64,000 nucleotides of DNA from an uncultured Candidatus Saccharibacteria bacterium (GCA_964399075.1 CAYNPK010000001.1:268400-332399), one strand, 5' to 3'; counted from the first letter of the stretch, positions 42,233-49,881 are shown. Made by a program: numbers and translations. The notes: generated by a model not told the origin, from the letters alone.

Positions 42233-42736
42233 TCAATGCAAAGGAGACAGTCTAGCGGAGGGACCCTCCACAAAGACTCGATAGGTTCCCAGAACAATGG
42301 TGTGGCCGTTCTGACCCCTGTCGATAACCTGGATTTCTCCACCATGAGGAACAGGGAAAACCTGGTCTCGAGGGGATTCACGATTGCGATCTCGGCCAGC
42401 GCCGAAAATCACAGACATGAGAGGATTCCCGTCGAGAACCAGTTCTGCGGAGCATGAGTGAACGCGACTCACCTGTAAGGTGGCTACGCCACGCGCCACC
42501 CTAAGCTCCCCTCCGGGTCCCAGCAAGACCCCATTACTACTTCCGTTTCCATTTTTTCCACGCGTCTTCTTCCGAGACATGAGAACTCCATTTCTTTTCT
42601 CTTTTTGAGTTTTCCCATTACCATTTACCACTAGGACACGATGTGAAAAAGTTTGTTCGATCGATATGGCCTCCTTGCTAAAAAGAACAACCCCCACGCC
42701 AACCTTATTTATAACTCTATCACTATCTGTTGTCAA
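42233..42736 (-). CDS. Hypothetical GC-rich ORF immediately upstream of csrA. Possible divergent FliW-like partner. Low confidence.
   Basis: Position mirrors the conserved fliW-csrA arrangement. C-terminal …GEIQVIDRGQNGHTIVL… weakly resembles the FliW …PIVIN..T..GKQVIL… Middle is low-complexity. Confidence 0.25.
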   Translation of the reverse strand: MTTDSDRVINKVGVGVVLFSKEAISIEQTFSHRVLVVNGNGKTQKEKRNGVLMSRKKTRGKNGNGSSNGVLLGPGGELRVARGVATLQVSRVHSCSAELVLDGNPLMSVIFGAGRDRNRESPRDQVFPVPHGGEIQVIDRGQNGHTIVLGTYRVFVEGPSARLSPLH

Positions 42737-43820
42737 TCAAAATGGGAAAGGCAATATTGAGAGCCTCCAGAACTTTAGTTTTGGCTTCCAGTAAAGGCAA
42801 CTTCATAGTAGCACCAACAGCAGCGCGATGACCACCGCCACCGACGAGAGTGACAAATTTAGTTAAGTCAAAAACCTGACCATCTCTAGTCCGAGCGCTT
42901 AATTTAACTTGACCAGCTTGCCACTCAAACAAAGTGATGCCAATGTCCCAACCTCGAACTGATTTTAAAATATTAGCAATAGACACACCCCGAGAGGCAT
43001 TCTCATCGAGGTGATGACTCGCTAATTCTTGATGAGACAAAGCCACGATAGCTACCCTATCGCCACGATAAGTTTGAATGGAACTAAACGCCAAACCCTG
43101 GAGATGGAGCGATTCAGGATTATTATTATTTTCTAACTTAAAAATCGTCTGATGATAATCAGGGACAATACTAGCCAAGCGCGAGGCTACCAGCAAAGTG
43201 TTGGGAGTGGTAGCCGGGTATTTGAATCCGCCAGTATCAGTATAAATTCCAAGAAATAAACAAGTGGCCATGTCAGGGGTAATTTCCGCTCCCCAAGCGA
43301 CAAATAATTCGTAGAGAATTTGAGCAGTCGCTGGATAATCAGCTAGAATTAAATTAATTTTAGCAAAAGGCGCATTCGTCAAATGATGATCAATCAAAAT
43401 AGTAGTCATCGTGTCGGGGAAATTTACTGGACCAAGATCAGTCACTCGTCTAATATCAGAAATATCTAACATGATAAACAAATCAAATTCACTTGGTTCA
43501 ATTTCCAAATAATTTTTAGCAACAATCACTTCCGCCCCGGGTAGAAACTCGGCGAAATCCGGCACTGGGGAATCACCCTTGATCACCATCACCTCCTTCC
43601 CCAACCCCCGCAAATAATGAAACATCGCCAGAGAGCTACCAACGCTATCAGGATCGGGGTGGGGGTGGAAGTGCAACAACACTCGCTTGGCGCGATTGAT
43701 AGCAGAGAAAATCTCTGTCGCTTTATCGGTAAATGAGTTGGGCATAATTAACTTAGAACAGTATACCACCACTTTGAGATCTGTGGATGATTTTCTGCTT
43801 AAGTTTCCAGCCATTACCAT
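42723..43820 (-). CDS. nrnA: DHH/DHHA1 phosphoesterase (NrnA-like). Likely start at the internal Met MPNSFTDK (about 43745), which removes the overlap with the RT gene.
   Basis: …TTILIDHHLT… (DHH) and …VGGGGHRAAVG… (DHHA1). Confidence 0.8.
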   Translation of the reverse strand: MVMAGNLSRKSSTDLKVVVYCSKLIMPNSFTDKATEIFSAINRAKRVLLHFHPHPDPDSVGSSLAMFHYLRGLGKEVMVIKGDSPVPDFAEFLPGAEVIVAKNYLEIEPSEFDLFIMLDISDIRRVTDLGPVNFPDTMTTILIDHHLTNAPFAKINLILADYPATAQILYELFVAWGAEITPDMATCLFLGIYTDTGGFKYPATTPNTLLVASRLASIVPDYHQTIFKLENNNNPESLHLQGLAFSSIQTYRGDRVAIVALSHQELASHHLDENASRGVSIANILKSVRGWDIGITLFEWQAGQVKLSARTRDGQVFDLTKFVTLVGGGGHRAAVGATMKLPLLEAKTKVLEALNIAFPILIDNR

Positions 43821-44784
43821 GTGTCAGCATCCCCAAATATGATTGCGCTACTTCCGGCCGGCTAGCGACCATTTCTAATCGTTTCAACATTCTTCTCTTT
43901 GTTACTGTTCGCAGAACACGATATCTAGGAAAATTTACCCAACCAAGAAAATCAACACCCGAAGCAATCGTTTTCACAAAGACTTTATTCGGATGTAATT
44001 CTAACTTCAATTTTTCTGCCAAAAAATCACTAATTTTAGGTGTCATTTCTAGTAAATAATCTTGATCACAATCGATAATTACAAAATCGTCAGCGTAACG
44101 AAGATAGTGTCTAGCTTTTAATTGATGCTTCATAAACTGATCTAGTTCACTCAGGTAAATATTAGCGAAAAGTTGCGAGGTGAGATTACCAAGGGGTAAA
44201 CCCTTCTTCGAGACACCAGAGTTAAAACTGCAAACTACTTTTTCAATCAAACAGAAGATATTTTTATCTAAGATTTCTCCTTTCAATAAACCAAGCAATA
44301 TTTCTTGATCAATACTAGCGAAAAATTTACGAATATCGCACTTCAATACCCACACTGCTTTAGTATTATTGCGACAAAGTTTGAAAGTTTTATCAGCAAA
44401 TTTTCTGACCGCTTTATGCGTACCTTTGCCATTTCGACAAGAATAAGAATCGTAAATAAATCGAGAGTGGAAATACGGATAGAGAATTCGATAGATAGCC
44501 CGGTGAACCACACGGTCGCGAACATTGGCTTTGTGAATCTGGCGAGGCTTGGGATCGGAAATACGGAAAGCGCGATAGGAAGAATGCTGATAGGTTTGTT
44601 GAGTTAACTCTTGGTTTAATGCTAGGATATTATCCGCCAGCCGAAGCGAGAATGTTTGCACCTCACGCTTGCCTCGTTTGCCACGCGCGAAATCTCGCCA
44701 AGCTAGAAATAAATTATCAACCGAAATAACATCGTTATACTTATGACTCAACCCTTTCCCTCTAAGACCCCCCCCCCAGCGCAA
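43753..44784 (-). CDS. DGR-type reverse transcriptase. TTG start. An alternative TTG at 44751 is preceded by an AGAGGG SD.
   Basis: RT motifs: N-terminal …DNLFLAWRDFARGKRGKREV…, …DSYSCRNGKGTHKA…, DGR-hallmark GLPLGNLTSQLFANIYL and LRYADDFVI (YxDD). Confidence 0.9.
   Translation of the reverse strand: MRWGGGLRGKGLSHKYNDVISVDNLFLAWRDFARGKRGKREVQTFSLRLADNILALNQELTQQTYQHSSYRAFRISDPKPRQIHKANVRDRVVHRAIYRILYPYFHSRFIYDSYSCRNGKGTHKAVRKFADKTFKLCRNNTKAVWVLKCDIRKFFASIDQEILLGLLKGEILDKNIFCLIEKVVCSFNSGVSKKGLPLGNLTSQLFANIYLSELDQFMKHQLKARHYLRYADDFVIIDCDQDYLLEMTPKISDFLAEKLKLELHPNKVFVKTIASGVDFLGWVNFPRYRVLRTVTKRRMLKRLEMVASRPEVAQSYLGMLTHGNGWKLKQKIIHRSQSGGILF
44768..44777 (-). repeat. Homopolymeric tract (C10 on plus, G10 on RT coding strand) at the RT 5' end
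   Basis: Seen directly. Encodes GGG in the long ORF, or lies just 5' of the SD if the downstream TTG start is used. Confidence 0.9.
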
Positions 44785-44786
44785 AT

Positions 44787-45173
44787 TTGAGCATCATCCA
44801 ACGACTTTTGCAAACTTATTGTTTGTGGCAGGAATTCGTTAAACATTTCCAAAAGACTAGCAAATATTCTCTGGGGATCAAAATTGATCAATTATTAGTG
44901 GAAGTTTTGGAATTAACCAGCGCGGCCAGCTTCTCGCCCAAAGAAGAAAAACTACCCTATGTGAAGCGCGCGATTATTAAATTAGACACTCTTAAATTTC
45001 TACTTCAAGTGGCCTGGGAAACAGGGTCATTGAACGAGAAGAGGTTCGCGTCCTTGTCACAACCACTAGCCGAGATTGGGAAGATGTTAGGTGGATGGCG
45101 CGGGCAACTCTTGAGACAGCTACCAATTACATCAAAACAAAACTCTCCCAGCATGAAGCCGAGAGAGAAATAA
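44787..45173 (+). CDS. Avd-like four-helix-bundle accessory protein (TIGR02436-like). Encoded on the opposite strand to the RT and targets.
   Basis: C-terminal half …LDTLKFLLQVAWETGSLNEKRFASLSQPLAEIGKMLGGW… fits the Avd consensus (…eigkmLngl…). N-terminal half is degenerate. TTG start. Confidence 0.5.
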   Translation: MSIIQRLLQTYCLWQEFVKHFQKTSKYSLGIKIDQLLVEVLELTSAASFSPKEEKLPYVKRAIIKLDTLKFLLQVAWETGSLNEKRFASLSQPLAEIGKMLGGWRGQLLRQLPITSKQNSPSMKPREK

Positions 45174-45178
45174 AGCAA

Positions 45179-45272
45179 GTTGCGACGGCCAGCGAACCAC
45201 CAGTTGTCATTCCAGTCATTGTCGTTGCAGTTGACGTTCACGTTGCGCTCGTCGTTCCAGTGGTTGAAGGCG
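45179..45272 (-). repeat. DGR template repeat (TR). Non-coding; the 78-aa ORF 45005..45241 is its spurious translation.
   Basis: The coding-strand sense is AAC-rich (…AAC GTG AAC GTC AAC TGC AAC GAC AAT GAC TGG AAT GAC AAC…). It is a 94-bp near-identical copy of VR1 and VR2. Confidence 0.85.
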
Positions 45273-45533
45273 TATTGTATAAAGTACCGCCCAAGTCATC
45301 ACCTCTTGTCGCCAAAACCGGGCGATTTGAGATTGCATATTATCCGGCATCTCCAATGCCTTAGCACTCTATACCAAGTAGCTTCATTTTTTATTGAAGT
45401 GTCTTCGCAAGCCCTCCACCAGCAATCGTAATTGCCAGAGTTCTCAACTTGCGGATACTGGATTCGGTGGCGAAAGTCGTAACTATTCGCATATTCACCG
45501 ACTACCGCAACCATCCTAGCACAAACGAAAAGG

Positions 45534-45576
45534 GCCCCGCATCTCATCTGTGGTTAGACAGAAAAATGCGGGGCCC
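45534..45576 (-). terminator. Rho-independent terminator downstream of target 1
   Basis: GGGCCCCGCAT-(loop)-ATGCGGGGCCC 11-bp stem, then TTTTCGTTT on the minus strand. Confidence 0.65.
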
Positions 45577-45629
45577 AAGGACTAAGGTCAAAGGATCTAA
45601 AAGATCCAATGGCCAAAGTCCACAAAGAA

Positions 45630-46247
45630 CTACTTGCGACGGCCAGCGAACCACCAGCTGTCATTCCAGTCATTGTCGTTGCAGTAGACGTTCACGTTGC
45701 GCTCGTCGTTCCAGTGGTTGAAGGCGATAAAACGCCACTTGCCATCCTCGCCCTTCCAGTGGGTACCGTTCGGTTTCTCCTTCGCGAAATTGGGATCGGC
45801 GGCATTGACGGCCGCCAAATCGTCTGGGAAAGCGGGTACGAGACCGCGGAGATCAAATTCCTTCTCGAGCTCATCGTCGCTCACGTAACGGCCGAGGTGG
45901 AAGAAGAAAACCCCCGCCTCTTCGCCGGTGCCCCTGGGCATGGAATCCACCACCTCGCTGTCGGTATACTGCCTTCTGCCGGTGGCGTCGAGTACCTCCT
46001 GGGGAGTGAGGCTACGGTTAATCGGGACGCGACGGATGATGAGGTTGCTCTGGACCTCCACCCGCCGACGAAACTCCTGGACCACTGCGTCAGCGAACTC
46101 GGGCTGTCCGAGCACTGTCTGCACCGCCACTGACTCGAACTCTTTGCCGTGCTTTTCGAGCCACACTCGGCAATTGTTCAGAAATTTGTCGATCTGACCG
46201 GCAGTCGTGGTTTTGGACTCTCTGGATGGGGTCATGGATTTCGCCAT
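45630..46247 (-). CDS. DGR target protein 1 (205 aa). No signal peptide or TM. The ORF-track start at 46307 is rejected as translated 5' UTR.
   Basis: AAAGGAGGA RBS 6 nt before ATGGCGAAATCC (MAKSMTPS…). C-terminus …FNHWNDERNVNVYCNDNDWNDSWWFAGRRK is encoded by VR1. Confidence 0.7.
   Translation of the reverse strand: MAKSMTPSRESKTTTAGQIDKFLNNCRVWLEKHGKEFESVAVQTVLGQPEFADAVVQEFRRRVEVQSNLIIRRVPINRSLTPQEVLDATGRRQYTDSEVVDSMPRGTGEEAGVFFFHLGRYVSDDELEKEFDLRGLVPAFPDDLAAVNAADPNFAKEKPNGTHWKGEDGKWRFIAFNHWNDERNVNVYCNDNDWNDSWWFAGRRK
45634..45726 (-). repeat. DGR variable repeat VR1, covering the last about 30 codons of target 1
   Basis: Differs from TR at only two positions, both TR adenines on the coding strand. 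Ends 1 nt before the stop codon. Confidence 0.85.
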
Positions 46248-46335
46248 GGCGTCATCCTCCTTTCGTTTTCTGGTCGTTTCTAGTTCCCGCGGGTTGGCAC
46301 TCGCCAATCCAAATCAAAGAACAGGTACTCTCCTT

Positions 46336-46364
46336 AGTATATACTATTGGGAAGAGGTTGTCAA
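46336..46364 (-). promoter_or_regulatory. Near-consensus sigma70 promoter for target 1 (TTGACA-17-TATACT)
   Basis: The minus strand reads cTTGACAacctcttcccaatagtaTATACTaagg. Confidence 0.55.
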
Positions 46365-46505
46365 GAGCAGATAACCAAAACTAAAATAAGCCTTAAAACA
46401 AGGCTAGATTCGATAAATATGACTATATTGTATCAAACAAAAACCCCCCTGCCACCAGCAGAGGGGTGAGGGCCCGAGGTGTTCTGTAGGATCACCTTCT
46501 TTCTG

Positions 46506-46724
46506 TCACTTGGGAACAGTGACCACCCGTCGAGAAGCCACCGCTTCACAGTAACCAGAGATGTCCTTGGGAAGTACGCCGGACTCATTGTATCGGAGCA
46601 TGATCTGCCTAGCAACCTCCTTTCTAACATCATCATTACCGAACATTCTCTTAGACAGAATCAGGTCTACCAATTCTAAGGGTGATAGACTTAGATTCTC
46701 CACCATTCCCTTAAAGGCCTCCAT
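46506..46724 (-). CDS. Hypothetical small protein (72 aa)
   Basis: ORF with terminator hairpin (46445..46470) downstream. Sits directly downstream of the GNAT gene. Confidence 0.35.
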   Translation of the reverse strand: MEAFKGMVENLSLSPLELVDLILSKRMFGNDDVRKEVARQIMLRYNESGVLPKDISGYCEAVASRRVVTVPK

Positions 46725-46754
46725 GACTTTCCTCCTTGAAAAGTGCCAAAGTAA

Positions 46755-47291
46755 TTATATCACTGATGCCTGATTAATTACCAATTTTGTTTCGGGAATT
46801 ATTGATCCACTGTTCATCTTAAAGCGGTCATCGACAAAAATCTCTCCCGTATCTAGGAATCCGAGCTTTTTATAAAACCTAAGAGCCTTCTCGTTGTAAA
46901 CAGCAACTTTCACAATTATATCTTTGTCTTTGCTAAAAAACTTTAAAGCTTCAGTCCAAAATATTTTGCCAATTCCCATTCTTTGATACTCCGGCAGTAC
47001 ATAAAGAGCTTTCAATTCCCCAACATCTTCATGTTTGATTAGACGACAAACCCCCACCACCCTTTCACCATCTTTTGCGTTTAAAAATTTTTCATTGCTG
47101 GGCAAGTTCATAATCTGCTTTTTCTTTTTCTCTAACACCTCAGCCGTTTTACTATTCTGAAAAAAAATTTCAATATCTTTCTTGCTTATTCCATATTCTT
47201 CGTTTGGATAAGTATCAAGCCAAGTAAGATAAAAAACTTCACTATTACCCAAAACATCTTCTGGCTTTGCATCCTGGATGGTTATATTCAT
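46755..47291 (-). CDS. GNAT family N-acetyltransferase
   Basis: …VGELKALYVLPEYQRMGIGKIFWTEAL… acetyl-CoA binding motif A. Confidence 0.8.
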   Translation of the reverse strand: MNITIQDAKPEDVLGNSEVFYLTWLDTYPNEEYGISKKDIEIFFQNSKTAEVLEKKKKQIMNLPSNEKFLNAKDGERVVGVCRLIKHEDVGELKALYVLPEYQRMGIGKIFWTEALKFFSKDKDIIVKVAVYNEKALRFYKKLGFLDTGEIFVDDRFKMNSGSIIPETKLVINQASVI

Positions 47292-47319
47292 ACAAAAAAG
47301 TATAACATCTATCTCTTAG

Positions 47320-47391
47320 GGTGCCTGGAGGGAATCGAACCCTCATTACCGCCTCCACAGGGCGGAGTTTTACCACTAAACTACAGGCACC
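47320..47391 (-). tRNA. tRNA-His (GTG) with genome-encoded G-1. No encoded CCA.
   Basis: gGTGCCTG…anticodon loop CTGTGGA…TTCGATTCCCT…CAGGCACc. G-1 pairs with the C73 discriminator. Confidence 0.85.
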
Positions 47392-47396
47392 ATGTT

Positions 47397-47942
47397 TTAT
47401 TGATAAGTTGGCGACTCTTCCTTTATACCAGATTGGTGATTGGCTAGTCTAGCTAGGGCGTACAAGATTGAAGACAAACGATTGAGATAAGCCAAACTAT
47501 GCTCACCCACCGCCTCCGGACAAGCTACCACGCGTCGTTCCGCTCGACGAGCAATGGTACGAGCGTAATCCAAGTAAGCCGAAAGTGGAGTACCACCAGA
47601 AACGAAGAAGGATTTAATTGGTGGTAATATTTTTTCAATCTCGCCAATTAAGTGACCTAGAGCTTCCACCTTATCACCACTAACCGTTTTGGGGGCGCCA
47701 GCCAACTCGGCTTGGATGATAAACAAATTCTGTTGAACTTCATTCAGAACATCTAGCACTGCGCGCCCGACACAAACAAACTTCTTGGCTTCAGCTTCCA
47801 CCTTACACACTCCGAGCCAGGAATTAACCTCATCAACAGTCCCCAAGGCTTCAATCAAGGCCGAGCTCTTAGCCAAGCGTTGTTTGCAAGCAAACAAACT
47901 GGTGTCACCTTTATCACCTCGACCAGTATACAACATACCCAA
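47397..47942 (-). CDS. PduO-type ATP:cob(I)alamin adenosyltransferase family protein
   Basis: MGMLYTGRGDKGDTSLF…RLAKSSALIEALGTVDEVNSWLG. Confidence 0.75.
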   Translation of the reverse strand: MGMLYTGRGDKGDTSLFACKQRLAKSSALIEALGTVDEVNSWLGVCKVEAEAKKFVCVGRAVLDVLNEVQQNLFIIQAELAGAPKTVSGDKVEALGHLIGEIEKILPPIKSFFVSGGTPLSAYLDYARTIARRAERRVVACPEAVGEHSLAYLNRLSSILYALARLANHQSGIKEESPTYQ

Positions 47943-48028
47943 ACAGCTTAGCTTGTTTGAAACGCTATTTCAAGGGAAAAATAAAGTAGAACGGAAAAGC
48001 GCCCCCCTATGATAAGAAGAGCGCTGTT

Positions 48029-48349
48029 TTACAGCCAGAAGCGACATGTGGGGAAAAGCAGACCCTGCACCTGCTTTTTCATGTGGCCATCTGGCTTCTT
48101 GGGTGGCGGTGGTGAATGAGGAGAGAGATCCGGCTGTGATTCTGGACGAGCGTCAAAGCTGACGCCATGCTCAAGCCAGATCTGCTCCGCCGAAACATCA
48201 CAACCGTAAAACTGAAGGCAAAACCGATGTCGGGCATTATTTAAAGCCTGCTGTCTTGTTTTTGCCCTGGTGGTAATAAAAAAGGTGGACTCACCATTCC
48301 TGTCGACGACGAAGACTTTCCAGACAATGGCCGGTAATGCCATCGGCAC
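48029..48349 (-). CDS. Hypothetical GC-rich small protein with Pro-rich C-terminus. Possibly horizontally acquired.
   Basis: GAAAGGGG RBS. N-terminal …VWKVFVVDRNGESTFFITTRAKTRQQALNNAR… resembles a small alpha/beta antitoxin-like fold. Weak. Confidence 0.35.
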   Translation of the reverse strand: MPMALPAIVWKVFVVDRNGESTFFITTRAKTRQQALNNARHRFCLQFYGCDVSAEQIWLEHGVSFDARPESQPDLSPHSPPPPKKPDGHMKKQVQGLLFPTCRFWL

Positions 48350-48501
48350 ACCCCTTTCTTGTTAAAGAACCAAGATCAAATCAACATTTAACGATCTAAT
48401 ATAATTATACACTAACTATCTAGAAAAAGCAAGTGGAGTAATTCTTACCTCACATTAGAGCAGAAATTATTGCTAGAGCGACAATAAAAATTAGAAGATA
48501 T

Positions 48502-49719
48502 TTAATTATTTCCGGCATGAACAATAATTTTAACAAAACGACGTTTGCCAATTTTTAAGATCAAATCAGCTTGGGGAGAGAAATCAGGATCAGTAATTTT
48601 AACCTCCTCCTCATCACGCACCGCTCCGGCCAACACCAGCCGACGCCATTCGGCCTTGGAGGCGACAACGCCAGCCTTAATTAAATCAGCAACTAGAGAT
48701 TGAGGATCACTAAGCGTGACTATTTGGAGATCTTCTGGCAAACCACTCTGTTGGAAGACTTGATTAAATTCTGCTTCGGCCAATTTAGCTGACTCAATGC
48801 CGTAAAATTGTTTAACAACTTCCAGAGCCGCGCGCGCCTTAGCTAACCTCGGACCTAGAGCCATAATGCTTTCGATCTCTCCAAGCGGAATTCTAGTGTT
48901 GTTAACCAAAAAGATTTTAATCATCTCATCGGGTTGAGCCATAATCGCACCAAACAATTCCTGGGGTGGAGAAGAGAGGAAGACGCCCGTGCCCTTGCTC
49001 TTAGACATCAGCTCGCCAGTTTTGGGATTAGCGATCAAGCCGGCGACAACAATAAACTTCTCCTTATCTTTCAAGCGCTTCATCAAAGTCCGGCCAGCTA
49101 GAGCATTGAAGGTTTGATCCGTGCCACATAATTCCACATCAACATCCATGGCCACGCTGTCGTAACCCTGCATCAGAGGATAGAGAAATTCGTGCAGGTG
49201 GATAGGTTTGCCACTCTCTAACCTCTGCTCAAACATATCTCGCTCCAGCATTTGCTGAACAGTAAAGTTGCTAGCCAGATCAAGAACTTGCTCGAAATTT
49301 AATTGCCCCAACCAATTTGAATTGAATCTTATTTGCACCGGATTCTCGCTATCCTCAAAGTCAACTAAATTTTTGACTTGATTCTTCCAGTTTTTAAAAT
49401 TTTCTTGCACCTGTTCTCTAGTTTGTCGAGGTCGAGCAGATAGCTTATCGCCCGGATCACCGATCATGGCTGTAAAGTCACCAATGAGGAAAATCACCTC
49501 GTGGCCGAGCTTCCGGAAATCTTCCAATAACAATAAATTTTGCGCGTGTCCAAGATGGAGAGAAGTGGAAGTAGGATCCATGCCGATATAAAATCTTAAT
49601 TTTTCGCCCGACAAGAGACGCTTGAACAAACTCTCTTTAGAAGGCAAAACCTCAACGATAATACCGCGATTAAAAATCTCTTCTATTTTCGCTTTGTCGG
49701 TAACAATTGGTGTGGGCAT
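48502..49719 (-). CDS. tyrS: Tyrosyl-tRNA synthetase
   Basis: …HLGHAQNLLLL… (HIGH) and …ELMSKSKGTG… (KMSKS). C-terminal S4-like. Confidence 0.9.
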   Translation of the reverse strand: MPTPIVTDKAKIEEIFNRGIIVEVLPSKESLFKRLLSGEKLRFYIGMDPTSTSLHLGHAQNLLLLEDFRKLGHEVIFLIGDFTAMIGDPGDKLSARPRQTREQVQENFKNWKNQVKNLVDFEDSENPVQIRFNSNWLGQLNFEQVLDLASNFTVQQMLERDMFEQRLESGKPIHLHEFLYPLMQGYDSVAMDVDVELCGTDQTFNALAGRTLMKRLKDKEKFIVVAGLIANPKTGELMSKSKGTGVFLSSPPQELFGAIMAQPDEMIKIFLVNNTRIPLGEIESIMALGPRLAKARAALEVVKQFYGIESAKLAEAEFNQVFQQSGLPEDLQIVTLSDPQSLVADLIKAGVVASKAEWRRLVLAGAVRDEEEVKITDPDFSPQADLILKIGKRRFVKIIVHAGNN

Positions 49720-49729
49720 ATAAAATTAG

Positions 49730-49811
49730 TGCGCGGGAGAGGATTTGAACCTCCACGCCTTACGGCACACGCACCTCAAGCGTGCTTGGCTACCAGTTAC
49801 AACACCCGCGC
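49730..49811 (-). tRNA. tRNA-Leu (GAG), type II with long variable arm
   Basis: GCGCGGG…anticodon loop TTGAGGT…variable arm…GGAGGTTCAAATCCTCT…CCCGCGCa. Confidence 0.8.
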
Positions 49812-49881
49812 GCGATAAAAAACTCTAGCTCTACCTATCTAACCCTATCAGTATTAAGCTTAAGGCTTTTGAACAAAAAAC

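Larger units (their letters stand above)
43753..46365 (-). mobile_element. Diversity-generating retroelement cassette: target gene with VR1, TR, Avd-like gene and RT
   Basis: See the individual components below. Sits between nrnA and the GNAT/tRNA-His region. Confidence 0.85.

Noticed and set aside
42233-42736. Confident FliW call
   Set aside because: Only positional evidence and a weak C-terminal resemblance support it. The middle of the ORF is low-complexity. It is kept as a low-confidence hypothesis.
45005-45241. 78-aa ORF 'MNVNCNDNDWNDNWWFAGRR…'
   Set aside because: It is the in-frame translation of the non-coding DGR template repeat. The TR shares the VR reading frame by construction.
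45095-46197. Several plus-strand ORFs (45095..45364, 45180..45431, 45609..46133, 45928..46197) and minus 45299..45547
   Set aside because: They are antisense or out-of-frame in the GC-rich DGR target region, with no RBS or start context. GC-rich sequence generates long spurious ORFs.
46248-46307. N-terminal 20 codons of the target-1 ORF (MASANPRELETTRKRKEDDA) and the analogous start of 32271..32549
   Set aside because: A near-consensus promoter and a strong RBS (AAAGGAGGA) sit inside this stretch. The conserved sequence is a 5' UTR shared by both targets.
46506-47291. GNAT plus small-protein pair as a TacT/TacA-like toxin-antitoxin
   Set aside because: The gene order is reversed relative to known GNAT-RHH modules, with the small gene downstream. 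The small protein shows no RHH/DUF1778-like features.
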